From: Methanobacteriota archaeon
Lineage (GTDB): Archaea; Thermoplasmatota; Poseidoniia; Poseidoniales; Thalassarchaeaceae
Assembly: GCA_014240285.1 (NCBI GenBank)
Contig: JAAZXI010000002.1
Coordinates: forward strand, 3,184-67,183
Direction: 5' to 3'
Length of the DNA stretch: 64,000 nt
The notes beneath the pieces were generated by a model, which was given only the letters and a program-made list of their open reading frames with translations, was not told the DNA's origin and made no database searches. A program made the translations under genes and the position numbers. Below are positions 1-9,037 of this stretch, in pieces; position 1 is the stretch's first letter, and every line of letters begins with the position of its first letter.

Positions 1-371
1 TCGGTAATCTCAAGTATTGTCTCAGTGACTCTAGGATAGTGATCGGCCCTCAGGACGTTCATCGCGTCCATGACCTCTAGGTACTCGTCGATATTCCTGT
101 TAGCGACCACCGAGTAGTCGACGCCTTCCGAGTCCGAGATGTCTAGGATCTTGTCGTCGATATCGGTGAAGTTCTGAACGTAGTCGACGTCGTACCCACT
201 GGCCTCCAGCCAGCGGTGCACCACATCGAACGCGAGGTAGCAACGAGCATGCCCTAGATGGCTGGGGGAGTACGGCGTGATGCCGCAGACGTACATCCTC
301 ACCTTGCCATCCTCAAGAGTAGACAGCTCACACTTCTCGCGCGAGCGCGTGTCGTAGACTCTGAGTGTCAT
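1..371 (-). CDS. cysS: cysteine--tRNA ligase, N-terminal part (gene runs off the left edge)
   Basis: Absent from the ORF track because no stop lies in the window. Reverse translation from the ATG at 371-369 gives MTLRVYDTRSREKCELSTLEDGKVRMYVCGITPYSPSHLGHARCYLAFDVVHRWLEASGYDVDYVQNFTDIDDKI. This shows the class I HIGH-type motif (SHLGH) and the CysRS N-terminal signature. Confidence 0.85.
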   Translation of the reverse strand, partial: MTLRVYDTRSREKCELSTLEDGKVRMYVCGITPYSPSHLGHARCYLAFDVVHRWLEASGYDVDYVQNFTDIDDKILDISDSEGVDYSVVANRNIDEYLEVMDAMNVLRADHYPRVTETILEIT

Positions 372-400
372 TCTGTCCGGACTGCGCGGCTTATCGGTCA

Positions 401-1090
401 TCAACCCCGCGCCGCTTCCACCAGTGCTGAGTACAGTACGTCATGCCCGGCGCGCTCGGGGTGCCACTGCACGCCGAGGCAGAATCTCAAGTCTTGGCGC
501 TCAACCGCCTCGATTAGTCCGTCATGCTCGGCTATCGCAGTGACTGTCAAATCACCTGCATCGGCGACACCCTGGTGGTGCGTCGAATTGACTGTAATCG
601 AGGTGCCCATAAGACTCTCCAACAAGGACCCTTCTTTCGCTGTGACTCCGTGCTCGGTTTCGACCCCGTCGAACCCTCCGTGGCCCTCGTGGCCAGGGGT
701 CGTGTCTAGGTGTTGGTGCAAACTTCCGCCATGCATCACGCTGAGAATCTGCATGCCCCTGCAAACACCGAAGAAGGGCATGTCTCTGGCCATGGCCTCT
801 CGAATTAGGCTCATCTCAGTGGCATCCTGATCGGGATAGAACTCTACGGTCATCGACTCGGGCTCTTCGCCGTAGTTGTCAGGGCACAGATCTGGGCCAC
901 CTGAGACGACCAAACCGTCGATGCTGTCGAGAATCTTGGTCATGTCACCTGCTGGCGGGATGATGAGCGGCGTGCCTCCGACCCTGTCAATGACTGAGAC
1001 ATATGCCGAGGGAAGGATGGCTGCGTGCCTGTGCCAGTTCCCGTAAACGGTTTCACGCATGAAGCAGGTGATTCCGATTACTGGCCTCAC
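401..1090 (-). CDS. class I glutamine amidotransferase-like hydrolase (gamma-glutamyl-GABA hydrolase / peptidase C26 family)
   Basis: 229 aa. It has the nucleophile elbow FGVCRGMQIL and GVQWHPE, in the layout typical of PuuD-like proteins. It lies 29 nt downstream-adjacent to cysS on the same strand. Confidence 0.8.
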   Translation of the reverse strand: MRPVIGITCFMRETVYGNWHRHAAILPSAYVSVIDRVGGTPLIIPPAGDMTKILDSIDGLVVSGGPDLCPDNYGEEPESMTVEFYPDQDATEMSLIREAMARDMPFFGVCRGMQILSVMHGGSLHQHLDTTPGHEGHGGFDGVETEHGVTAKEGSLLESLMGTSITVNSTHHQGVADAGDLTVTAIAEHDGLIEAVERQDLRFCLGVQWHPERAGHDVLYSALVEAARG

Positions 1091-1492
1091 TCAATCACCG
1101 GTTGCTTCCCTCTGTAGCCTAGCGTGCCTAAATGATTTGACACCGACTATAATGAAGGAAATACCAACCTGAAGAAGTAGGAGATGCGAAATTATAGCCA
1201 GAGTAGACATATCTGAATAACCTGTTACAATCCTTGCTCCACCGATTGTCATGACTAGTGCCAAAGCCATTGAAGCGTGCATGTAATGATGCCTGTTCTT
1301 GGCATTCTTCTCAGACAACATCCCTAGGGTAAGCATTGGAAAACCCATGAATGCTGGGATAAGAGCGGTAATTGACGGAGGGTCTGCACTTTGCATGAAG
1401 TAGGATATTGCCCCCCATGCCGTAAGAATAGCGCCATTTAGTATTGCGATTCTTGGAATAGTCATCCCGAATGCGGTGAATTCGTCGCTCAT
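1091..1492 (-). CDS. hypothetical 4-TM membrane protein
   Basis: 133 aa with four hydrophobic segments. It abuts the neighbouring gene with no gap. GC looks visibly lower than in the flanks. Confidence 0.5.
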   Translation of the reverse strand: MSDEFTAFGMTIPRIAILNGAILTAWGAISYFMQSADPPSITALIPAFMGFPMLTLGMLSEKNAKNRHHYMHASMALALVMTIGGARIVTGYSDMSTLAIISHLLLLQVGISFIIVGVKSFRHARLQREATGD

Positions 1493-1510
1493 GTTATCAC
1501 GTCATTGACC

Positions 1511-3541
1511 TTACTTTTGATGGTCGCTGCTCGCCAGGCTCTTCAGTGGCCTAGAAGCCAGTTCCTGGATTTCCTCATCCCTAGCTACTATCTGCTCCCA
1601 GAGCAACTCGGCCACATCCATCACTTCCATCTCGGCGCCTACGGCATCCAAGCCGTCTTTGACCATGACAGAGCAGAACGGGCAACCCACTGCGACTGTG
1701 TCACAGCCGGTCTCAGCCAACTCTGCGGCTCGAATCACGTTGACTCGCTTGTCGGCATCCTCCTCCATCCACATCTGAGCCCCTCCTGCTCCACAGCAGA
1801 ACGAGTCCTGTCCGTGCCTCTCGGGCTCAACGTCTACGCCGCCAATGACGTCTCTAGGCTCATCGATTACCCCACCTATGCGCCCTAGATAGCAAGGATC
1901 GTGGAAGGTCACACTGCGGTCGTTCTTCTCGACCTGCGGCAGTTTGCCCTCCTCTTGCAGTTTAGCTAGAATTTCCGTGTGGTGGAAAACCTCTAGTTCT
2001 TCGCCACCGTAATCGCCATACTCTTTGCCAAGAGTGTGGAAACAATGAGGGCAAGAGGCTACTATTCTCTTTACTCCTAACTCTTGGAAAGTCATCATGT
2101 TGGTCTCGGCCAGCATCTGGAACAGGTACTCGTTTCCGGCCCTGCGAGCGGGGTCTCCAGAGCATCCTTCCTGCATACCGAGTATGCCGACATCGAGTCC
2201 TGCCTCTTTGAGCAGCGATATCGTCGTACGGGCTACCTTCTGGTTACGCTCGTCGAAGCTCGCAGCGCAGCCTACGAAATAGATGTACTCGGCGGGCTCT
2301 CCGACCTTGACGTCGAGATCGGCTGCCCAGTCGGCGCGCTCATGCGCGCCGAAACCGTAGGGATTTGATGCTGACTCGATATTGCCCATTGCCGTGTTCA
2401 GCTCTTCAGGATACTCCATCGTCTCCATCATCGCGTTTCGACGCAGGTCGGTGAGCTTGGGGACGTGTTCGATGTAGAGAGGGCAGACATCGACACAGGC
2501 GTTGCAGGTAGTGCAGGCCCAGACCGCCTCGTCGGTGATGCGATGCATCATCGTCTCCTCGGGCTGTTCACCCGCCAGCAGCAGCGGAGCGTGCTCGTTG
2601 GCATAGTTGCGAACATCGTGGATGACCTCCATCGGATTGAGTCCCTTGCCCGAGGCGTGTGCGGGACAGACGTCCTGACAGCGAGCGCACGAGGTGCAAG
2701 ACCAGCCGTCAATCAGCTGCCTCCACGTATACTGTGTGTAAGTGCTGACTCCGAAAGAATCGATGTCTAAATCCTCCAACGGCACTGCCTTACCGTAGTC
2801 ATCGACCGCGAGTGGCCGCATCTTTCCCGGTGGATCGACATCATGAAAGAAAACATTTGGCACTGCCATCACCAGATGCATGTGCTTAGAGAGCGGAATC
2901 AGCACGAAGAATACGCAGATAGAAAGCATGTGGATCCAATAAGCGGCTACAACAGTTCCATCGGCAATGCCCATGCCATAGACCCAGTATCCAATTGGCT
3001 CCCAAGTGCTGGACGGGCTGTGAAAGGACTCGACCACGAACGATGTGACCGTGATGGAGAAGATTAGGAATAGGATGATGTTGCCCTCTAACTGAGATTT
3101 GCCCCTCAGCTTCTCAGGGGTGAATACGACTCTGCGAATTAAAGCGGCGACGCATCCAATCAGAGCCATCGTGTATCCCAGTTCGACCATCCCATTCCAA
3201 GGCCCATTTAGCAACCCAGGGAGAACGTGGTCCGAGAACGCGTTCGCGGTAGCGAGATCGAGCATATCGGAAGCCAGCATCAGGAAACCCCAGAACATCA
3301 AGACGTGCATGCTGCCAGCAACGCGGTCCCTCAGGACTCTCTTTTGGCCCAGCCAGCCGATGGTGAACTCACTGATTCTGGTGAACCACGAGTCGAAGCG
3401 GTTGTCTTTCGCCCCTATCATAACCAATCGAGTGGCCTTTTGCACCTGGTAGACGAAAAAGCCGATGGAGAGTCCACCGATTAAGAGCAGTATGTGCCAA
3501 CCATCCAGAGGGCCGTATGACTGTAGGAGAGGATGCTCCAT
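1511..3541 (-). CDS. membrane-bound Fe-S oxidoreductase (HdrD/GlpC/EtfD-like; N-terminal polytopic domain plus 2x[4Fe-4S] plus CCG domains)
   Basis: 676 aa. The N-terminal ~230 aa has 5-6 TM segments. There are two ferredoxin motifs (CTSCARCQDVCP and CTTCNACVDVCP) and C-terminal cysteine-rich CCG-type motifs (FCCGAGG). An AGGAG lies 9 nt upstream of the ATG. Confidence 0.8.
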   Translation of the reverse strand: MEHPLLQSYGPLDGWHILLLIGGLSIGFFVYQVQKATRLVMIGAKDNRFDSWFTRISEFTIGWLGQKRVLRDRVAGSMHVLMFWGFLMLASDMLDLATANAFSDHVLPGLLNGPWNGMVELGYTMALIGCVAALIRRVVFTPEKLRGKSQLEGNIILFLIFSITVTSFVVESFHSPSSTWEPIGYWVYGMGIADGTVVAAYWIHMLSICVFFVLIPLSKHMHLVMAVPNVFFHDVDPPGKMRPLAVDDYGKAVPLEDLDIDSFGVSTYTQYTWRQLIDGWSCTSCARCQDVCPAHASGKGLNPMEVIHDVRNYANEHAPLLLAGEQPEETMMHRITDEAVWACTTCNACVDVCPLYIEHVPKLTDLRRNAMMETMEYPEELNTAMGNIESASNPYGFGAHERADWAADLDVKVGEPAEYIYFVGCAASFDERNQKVARTTISLLKEAGLDVGILGMQEGCSGDPARRAGNEYLFQMLAETNMMTFQELGVKRIVASCPHCFHTLGKEYGDYGGEELEVFHHTEILAKLQEEGKLPQVEKNDRSVTFHDPCYLGRIGGVIDEPRDVIGGVDVEPERHGQDSFCCGAGGAQMWMEEDADKRVNVIRAAELAETGCDTVAVGCPFCSVMVKDGLDAVGAEMEVMDVAELLWEQIVARDEEIQELASRPLKSLASSDHQK

Positions 3542-3552
3542 CTTGATTCTCC

Positions 3553-3571
3553 TGTCAGGCTACGCCTGACA
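3553..3571. promoter_or_regulatory. perfect 8-bp inverted repeat TGTCAGGC-tac-GCCTGACA in a 49-bp divergent intergenic region
   Basis: Read directly from the sequence. It is centred between the start of the Fe-S oxidoreductase (3541, minus strand) and mvk (3591, plus strand). Confidence 0.4.
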
Positions 3572-3590
3572 TATCCCATGGGGTGGCGCT

Positions 3591-4625
3591 ATGTCCTTGA
3601 AACAACCGCCTACCGAGGCCAACACTCATGGCCCAATGACCCAGCCTAGAGCCATGGCGAGGGCGTTCGCACCGGGCAAGTGCATCCTGTTCGGAGAGCA
3701 TGCCGTGGTTTACGGCCACCCTGCTGTGGCAGTTGCCATAGACAGCGGGGTTGAGGTTAGTATTGAGGAGTCAGACAGGTGGACCCTTGAGGGGCTCCCA
3801 TTTGACTCAGCAAGGCATCCTCACATCTCGCACATCCTAGATGAGGTGTTCAGGTACGACGGACCTTCGCTGCGGATGGAGGTTAACAGCGGACTGTTCT
3901 CGTCCGCCGGACTCGGTTCCTCCGCTGCTCTGTCAAATGCAATAGGGGCCGCACTGTACTCACATACAAAGCCAGGCGAGCCTATTGACCCAGTCGAACT
4001 GGCCCGCATGAGTCACTCTGCAGAAGCCCGGGCTCAGCAGGGTCGCGCCAGTCCGACTGACACAGCCACCAGCGCGCTTGGCGGCTGTGTGGTGGTTTCA
4101 GGTCAGCGTGTCGAAGGCACCAGGCACGTCTTCGATGCGACCCTGACCACGCCTGAGGGGGATAGAGAGTGGTCAATCAACGTGGTCGACCTGCCTCCGC
4201 ACATGGAAGAGGCATGGTTAGTGATCGGCTTCACCGGAGAGGCGTCGCCGACTGGCAAGATAGTGGCTGGAGTAGCCCAGCGCCTCAAGGAGGAGCCGAT
4301 GTTGGAGAAAGAGATGGATGCCATCGCGAAGATAACCCACGCCGGGCTCACAGCGTTGTCGGCTGGCAACCTAGAGGCAGTAGGGATGGCAATGGATGCA
4401 TGCCACCAGAAGCTCCGTCTCCTAGGGGTCAGCAGTCCCTCGCTCGAAGCCTTAGTTGAAGCGGCTAGACCGCACGCTCTTGGAGCCAAGCTGACAGGTG
4501 CTGGCGGAGGAGGGTGCATGGTTGCTCTGGCGCGTGAGCCACAAAGGGTCGCAGAGGCCATTGAGGTGGCCGGAGGGAGGCCTTTAATCTCAAGACTCGG
4601 GGCATCTGGCGTCCATTTGCTGTGA
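3591..4625 (+). CDS. mvk: mevalonate kinase (GHMP family)
   Basis: 344 aa. It has PGKCILFGEHAVVYGHPAVAVAI at the N-terminus, the GHMP motif SSAGLGSSAALS, and the C-terminal KLTGAGGGGCMVAL. Confidence 0.9.
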   Translation: MSLKQPPTEANTHGPMTQPRAMARAFAPGKCILFGEHAVVYGHPAVAVAIDSGVEVSIEESDRWTLEGLPFDSARHPHISHILDEVFRYDGPSLRMEVNSGLFSSAGLGSSAALSNAIGAALYSHTKPGEPIDPVELARMSHSAEARAQQGRASPTDTATSALGGCVVVSGQRVEGTRHVFDATLTTPEGDREWSINVVDLPPHMEEAWLVIGFTGEASPTGKIVAGVAQRLKEEPMLEKEMDAIAKITHAGLTALSAGNLEAVGMAMDACHQKLRLLGVSSPSLEALVEAARPHALGAKLTGAGGGGCMVALAREPQRVAEAIEVAGGRPLISRLGASGVHLL

Positions 4626-4669
4626 AAAACGGCCGAAAACGGCTTATTGAATCGGAATTACGTGTTAAT

Positions 4670-4703
4670 TATAAGCAACTATTCTTTATAAGTAGAATAT
4701 AAG
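4670..4703 (+). promoter_or_regulatory. three tandem TATAAG boxes upstream of tbp
   Basis: TATAAG occurs at 4670-4675, 4687-4692 and 4698-4703. The ATG is at 4714. The middle box is about 27 nt from the ATG, which fits a leaderless transcript. Confidence 0.5.
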
Positions 4704-4713
4704 TGCGCGGCCC

Positions 4714-5427
4714 ATGCTTAGTGATGAAGAGCGTCTAACTGTCGTAAACGTGGTAGCCTCCACCAGAGTGGCGGAGGAACTTGACCTACCTGACATAGCC
4801 ATCCAACTGAACTGCGAGTACGAGCCTGAGCAATTCCCTGGCGTCGTCTACAGGGTCGTGGATCCGAAACTCGCTATCCTGATGTTCCGCTCCGGCCGCG
4901 CGGTCTGCACCGGCGGCAAGAACCAGAACAACATCGAGGTCGGCATCGAGAGGATGACGAATGACCTGCGTGCTGCAGGGATAGACACATGGGATCTCAA
5001 GGATGTCGAGATTGAGGTCCAGAACATGGTCGCAACCTACTCTCTATTCTACCCTGAGGACTATGCCGGAATGGCCCGGATGGACGACAACAACACCCGC
5101 GTGATTGACACTTCCGATGGCATCCGTGCGGCCACCGACGAGGAGGTCAAAGAGGAGGATTCACGAATCCGTGGCATCCGTGAAGGTGAGCCACTGGCTG
5201 CGCTGCCGCGCAAACTGAATCTGAACAACCTCACCTTCCACCTGCCGTTCGACAAGGTAGAGTACGAGCCCGAGCAATTCCCAGGACTGATCTACAGACT
5301 TGACTACCCCAAGGTCGTCTGCCTGATATTCGGCAGCGGCAAGATGGTGATTACCGGCGCCCGCGCCAAATCAGAGATTCTCGAGGCGGTCCAGTTCATA
5401 CAGGACGAATTGGCGGATCTGCTGTAG
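4714..5427 (+). CDS. tbp: TATA-box binding protein with an inserted acidic segment in repeat 2
   Basis: 237 aa. There are two TBP repeats, each with EYEPEQFPG(V/L)(V/I)YR, plus (V)NVVAS and VQNMVAT strand-1 motifs. About 55 extra residues lie between VQNMVATYSL and KLNLNNL. Confidence 0.9.
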   Translation: MLSDEERLTVVNVVASTRVAEELDLPDIAIQLNCEYEPEQFPGVVYRVVDPKLAILMFRSGRAVCTGGKNQNNIEVGIERMTNDLRAAGIDTWDLKDVEIEVQNMVATYSLFYPEDYAGMARMDDNNTRVIDTSDGIRAATDEEVKEEDSRIRGIREGEPLAALPRKLNLNNLTFHLPFDKVEYEPEQFPGLIYRLDYPKVVCLIFGSGKMVITGARAKSEILEAVQFIQDELADLL

Positions 5428-5429
5428 AT

Positions 5430-8400
5430 TTGAGTCCTACATGGGTGATATTGATGCGTTCCTCGCCGTCCCGGCGAGGCATGCGCTCATACGCGAGGCT
5501 GTCTGTCGGGCTCGCTCTACTGATGATGATGTCAGCTCAGTCCGGCATTTTCATGGACATGAAAGGCCCTTCTGAGGAGCTTTCGGACTTTCGGATAATG
5601 GAATCTTCTGTGAGAACGTCGAATCTGGTAGACGTTCCGGCATGGAGGGTCAACGACGTTTGGTATTACGACGGATACCTAGACGTCGGCGAGTTCGTGG
5701 CTAGCTCGGGAGTCAGTACGAATGTCCAATATCTCGACGGGACTCTTACCGAGAGGGTCACGGACATCTACACGATGGTGGTCGATGGTGATGCCACCTT
5801 AGTCTACAAAGTAGAATCGGACGGTTACTACGAGGCCAATAACATAAATCTCGACGGAAACAGTGGCGACCTAATAGTCGAGATGGATAATGAAGAAATC
5901 TTTCGTGCTTCCGATCTAGCATCTATTCAATACACTGCTACTTTTGACATCGACTTTGTCGTCCAGATACTGTGGTGGACTCAAACTGTCGATATTGCCG
6001 ACATGGTCGTTGATACCAGTTACTCGCCCCCTCTAGAGGGGTATGACTTCCCAATCAGCGTCGGAGAAGAGTGGGAAACCGACTACACTCAAGTTAACGA
6101 CTTCAGTGGCTCAAGCGACTACGTAACCATCCCCTCGGATAGCACTAGCAGCAACACCACGAGTTGGGAGGTCGTCAGTCAGGGATATCCTGGGATATCC
6201 TACAGCGGTTGCTCGCAGTCATACAATATCACGAATTACGACGACTCCGGAGAAGAGACGGGTTACAAATGGTTCTGCCCCGCCATCCGAGGCGAAATTC
6301 GCTCCTCTACGGCCATCGCGGGAGTTGGGATTTACGCTGACCACGAACTCACATCGTATCAGGCCGCTGGGAGGTCCAAACAGGTCTCAGTAGAGGTAAA
6401 ACACCCACTCAGCCCATTGGACTTTGAGTTGTCGGTATGGGTAAATGTCACCGAAAACTGGGGTCAGCCCGTTCAAAACCAGGCACTAGAGGTGAGATAT
6501 GAGATTCAAGGTGATATCCAGAGCGTGACGACGTCTGCTAATGGCTCTGCATACTTCACGATAGACACGGGGCACTCCGCTGATGATACGCTCGGCGACA
6601 ACGAGTTAGGTAGTCACGGGATCGTCGCTTGGATTCCCAGCCAGAAACTGCTTGGTGCCGCAACAGTGACCATCGACCCCGATGTTCACGAGGTCGACCT
6701 CATCTCACGCTCCGAAGGCGTTACTGTAGAGCGGACCAGAGGCACTAGGACAGTGACACTTGACAACAGTATAGGCTTCAATGCGGTTCCTGGGGATCAG
6801 TTGATTTTCAGTGTGCCTGTCCTCAATAGGGGAATCTCGAACTCCCCTGCTACTACCCTGATGGTTGAGACCCCAGACGGCTCGGCATCATCGACGCCCG
6901 TCCCTAGCCTCTCAAGCCTTGAGGAAATGCGAGTTGATGTCAGTTGGACCGTTCCGGAGAATCATGCATTCGGAGATATCAGCCTGACTTTCACTGCCGA
7001 TCCTGACGAGGAAATTATTGCTGATGGTAATCGCTCCAATAACCAGGGCTCATTCACCCTCTTCATCGGCAGACTGCCAACAGCATACCTGTCAATCGCA
7101 CCTGAGTCTCTAACGCTGACTGAAGTCAGCTTCAACGGATTGTCATCTTATGATCCAGACGGCGGGGCGATGACTTGCGAGTTCGTTGTCGAGAAGTTGA
7201 ATGGCGACAACTGGTCCTCGACCCAAGAAGACTGTGTGCACGAGTACACTTGGGACGATGATGGTACGTTCCTTGTATCCATGACTATCACGGATGACGA
7301 GAATGATAGGGACTACGCCGAGGCGGTCATAACAATCCTGAACAGACCGCCCGAGGTCGAGATCGGTGTAGATCAGGAGTCAGTCCCAGTGCTTTCACCT
7401 GTGACCTTTGATGTTCAGGAAAGCGGGGACCTCGACACACAGAACCCCGACGCGCCTATCGACATACAGTGGCATACTCCCTGCGACCAAGGACAAGTGG
7501 GAGTGCGGTGTACGGTCACCCCTGAGGTCGAAGGTCCGTACACAATAGAAGTCACTGTGATGGACGATGACGGAGCTACCACCGAAGACACGTTAACAAT
7601 CGATGTCACTAACATCGCCCCAACTAATCCGCAGGCCGAAGTGTGGTTCGGACCTAACAGGCTCGTTCCACAGATGCTTGGAGATAACGCTAGGTACACT
7701 GTCAATGAAGGCGATTCTCTGATTATCAAAGGATGGGCTGATGACTCTACGAATGACTTGGGCGGTCTCCAGCACCACTGGTCCCCAGATGCTGAACTGC
7801 AGCCGGAACTAATTATCAGCAGCACCGGATACCAGAGTCAATTCGAACATATCTATGACATCTCTGGACAGCATCTCGCTACTCTGCAGATAGTTGATGA
7901 CGACGGGGCCAGCACCGAAACGCTGATTCTACAGTTCATCGTAAGCAACGTAGCGCCGTCGATCTCTCCGGTGACGCCGCTGCTACCGGTGGCCGAGGAT
8001 GAATTAGTACAACTATCGGTCGAGGTGAGCGATACCTTTGGCGATCTGCCCAACCTAGTAACCTGCTACGATCTCGACCCGTATGCCAACTCCGATTCCG
8101 AGGGCAACTCCAGTGACGACTGTGACGTGGAGTCACTGCATCTCGCTCACGCCTGGTCCGACGCTACCACCGCTCCAGATCACATCATCTTCCATGTCAC
8201 AGACGATGATGGTGAGGGTGCGAGCATCACCATCTCAATAGATGTCAACAATGTCGACCCTGATGCTAGGGCCTCAACCAGCAATTACAACCCCATGGAG
8301 GGTGAAGTCATCGTACTGTCGGCGAATGGCACCACAGATTCGCAGTTCGACATGGAGAACATGGTCTACATCTGGGATTTGGACATTGACAAGGACAGTG

Positions 8401-9023
8401 ACGGCGACGGAGATCCCTCCAACGATGTTGATGAGGAAGGGAGATGGATTGAGGTGGCCTTCTCTAGCGAAGGCACTCGGACCATCCAGATGACAGCCTT
8501 TGACGAGGGCCATGGTTCTTCCATCACACTGGTCATCCAAGTCAAGAAGGAGCCTTTCAGCTTCGGTGTAATAATGGCTGACTATGGCATATACATAGGT
8601 CTGCTCGGACTGATTGTCATTCTAGTCGCGGTGCTGATTCAGAGGATGCGTTCGCCCGAAGTTGTCATCGAGGCCACGGTGACAGAAAACGTCCGTCGAC
8701 GCAGGGGCAGACGAGTCTCAATGGACGATGCCTTCGATGACCCTGACTACGATCCCTTCGATTCCGAAAAGAGGAAGCGGGGGCCTAGGAAGGGCAAAGG
8801 CGAGTCAGCGGTAGAGAAGGCACCCGGGGCACCTAGAGTACCAGAGCCACTGCCACCAGAGGAGCCTGAAATGGTGGATGGTGAACTCACGGATGCATTC
8901 AAGGAACTGGCTGGAGAGTCGTTGGAGAAAGAAGATGTCGAAGAGGCGCCTCCGGAGGCCGTCGCGGCGTCCGTAGATGAGGCTCTGGACAACGAGGACA
9001 TCGAAGCCCTCTTTGATGATTAG
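5430..9023 (+). CDS. large type-I surface protein with PKD-like and CARDB-like repeats, a C-terminal TM and an acidic cytoplasmic tail
   Basis: 1197 aa. The N-terminal signal-like segment is RLSVGLALLMMMSAQSG, so the true start is probably ATG 5454 or 5481 rather than TTG 5430. PKD-like units include FNGLSSYDPDGG...YTWDDDGTF...ITDDEND. A CARDB-like segment reads FSVPVLNRGISNSPATTLMV. The TM is IYIGLLGLIVILVAVLI, followed by a ~125-aa charged tail. Confidence 0.75.
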   Translation: MSPTWVILMRSSPSRRGMRSYARLSVGLALLMMMSAQSGIFMDMKGPSEELSDFRIMESSVRTSNLVDVPAWRVNDVWYYDGYLDVGEFVASSGVSTNVQYLDGTLTERVTDIYTMVVDGDATLVYKVESDGYYEANNINLDGNSGDLIVEMDNEEIFRASDLASIQYTATFDIDFVVQILWWTQTVDIADMVVDTSYSPPLEGYDFPISVGEEWETDYTQVNDFSGSSDYVTIPSDSTSSNTTSWEVVSQGYPGISYSGCSQSYNITNYDDSGEETGYKWFCPAIRGEIRSSTAIAGVGIYADHELTSYQAAGRSKQVSVEVKHPLSPLDFELSVWVNVTENWGQPVQNQALEVRYEIQGDIQSVTTSANGSAYFTIDTGHSADDTLGDNELGSHGIVAWIPSQKLLGAATVTIDPDVHEVDLISRSEGVTVERTRGTRTVTLDNSIGFNAVPGDQLIFSVPVLNRGISNSPATTLMVETPDGSASSTPVPSLSSLEEMRVDVSWTVPENHAFGDISLTFTADPDEEIIADGNRSNNQGSFTLFIGRLPTAYLSIAPESLTLTEVSFNGLSSYDPDGGAMTCEFVVEKLNGDNWSSTQEDCVHEYTWDDDGTFLVSMTITDDENDRDYAEAVITILNRPPEVEIGVDQESVPVLSPVTFDVQESGDLDTQNPDAPIDIQWHTPCDQGQVGVRCTVTPEVEGPYTIEVTVMDDDGATTEDTLTIDVTNIAPTNPQAEVWFGPNRLVPQMLGDNARYTVNEGDSLIIKGWADDSTNDLGGLQHHWSPDAELQPELIISSTGYQSQFEHIYDISGQHLATLQIVDDDGASTETLILQFIVSNVAPSISPVTPLLPVAEDELVQLSVEVSDTFGDLPNLVTCYDLDPYANSDSEGNSSDDCDVESLHLAHAWSDATTAPDHIIFHVTDDDGEGASITISIDVNNVDPDARASTSNYNPMEGEVIVLSANGTTDSQFDMENMVYIWDLDIDKDSDGDGDPSNDVDEEGRWIEVAFSSEGTRTIQMTAFDEGHGSSITLVIQVKKEPFSFGVIMADYGIYIGLLGLIVILVAVLIQRMRSPEVVIEATVTENVRRRRGRRVSMDDAFDDPDYDPFDSEKRKRGPRKGKGESAVEKAPGAPRVPEPLPPEEPEMVDGELTDAFKELAGESLEKEDVEEAPPEAVAASVDEALDNEDIEALFDD

Positions 9024-9037
9024 ACTCGCCCGAGACC

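Noticed and set aside
258-830. 190-aa plus-strand ORF across the cysS start and the amidotransferase gene
   Set aside because: It is antisense to two genes with strong family signatures (SHLGH of CysRS, GVCRGMQ and QWHPE of the GATase).
4816-5285. Near-identical 24-nt strings (gagtacgagccNgagcaattcccN) at 4816 and 5260
   Set aside because: They encode the EYEPEQFPG motif of the two TBP repeats. This is the ancient internal duplication of TBP under strong constraint, not a mobile or regulatory repeat.
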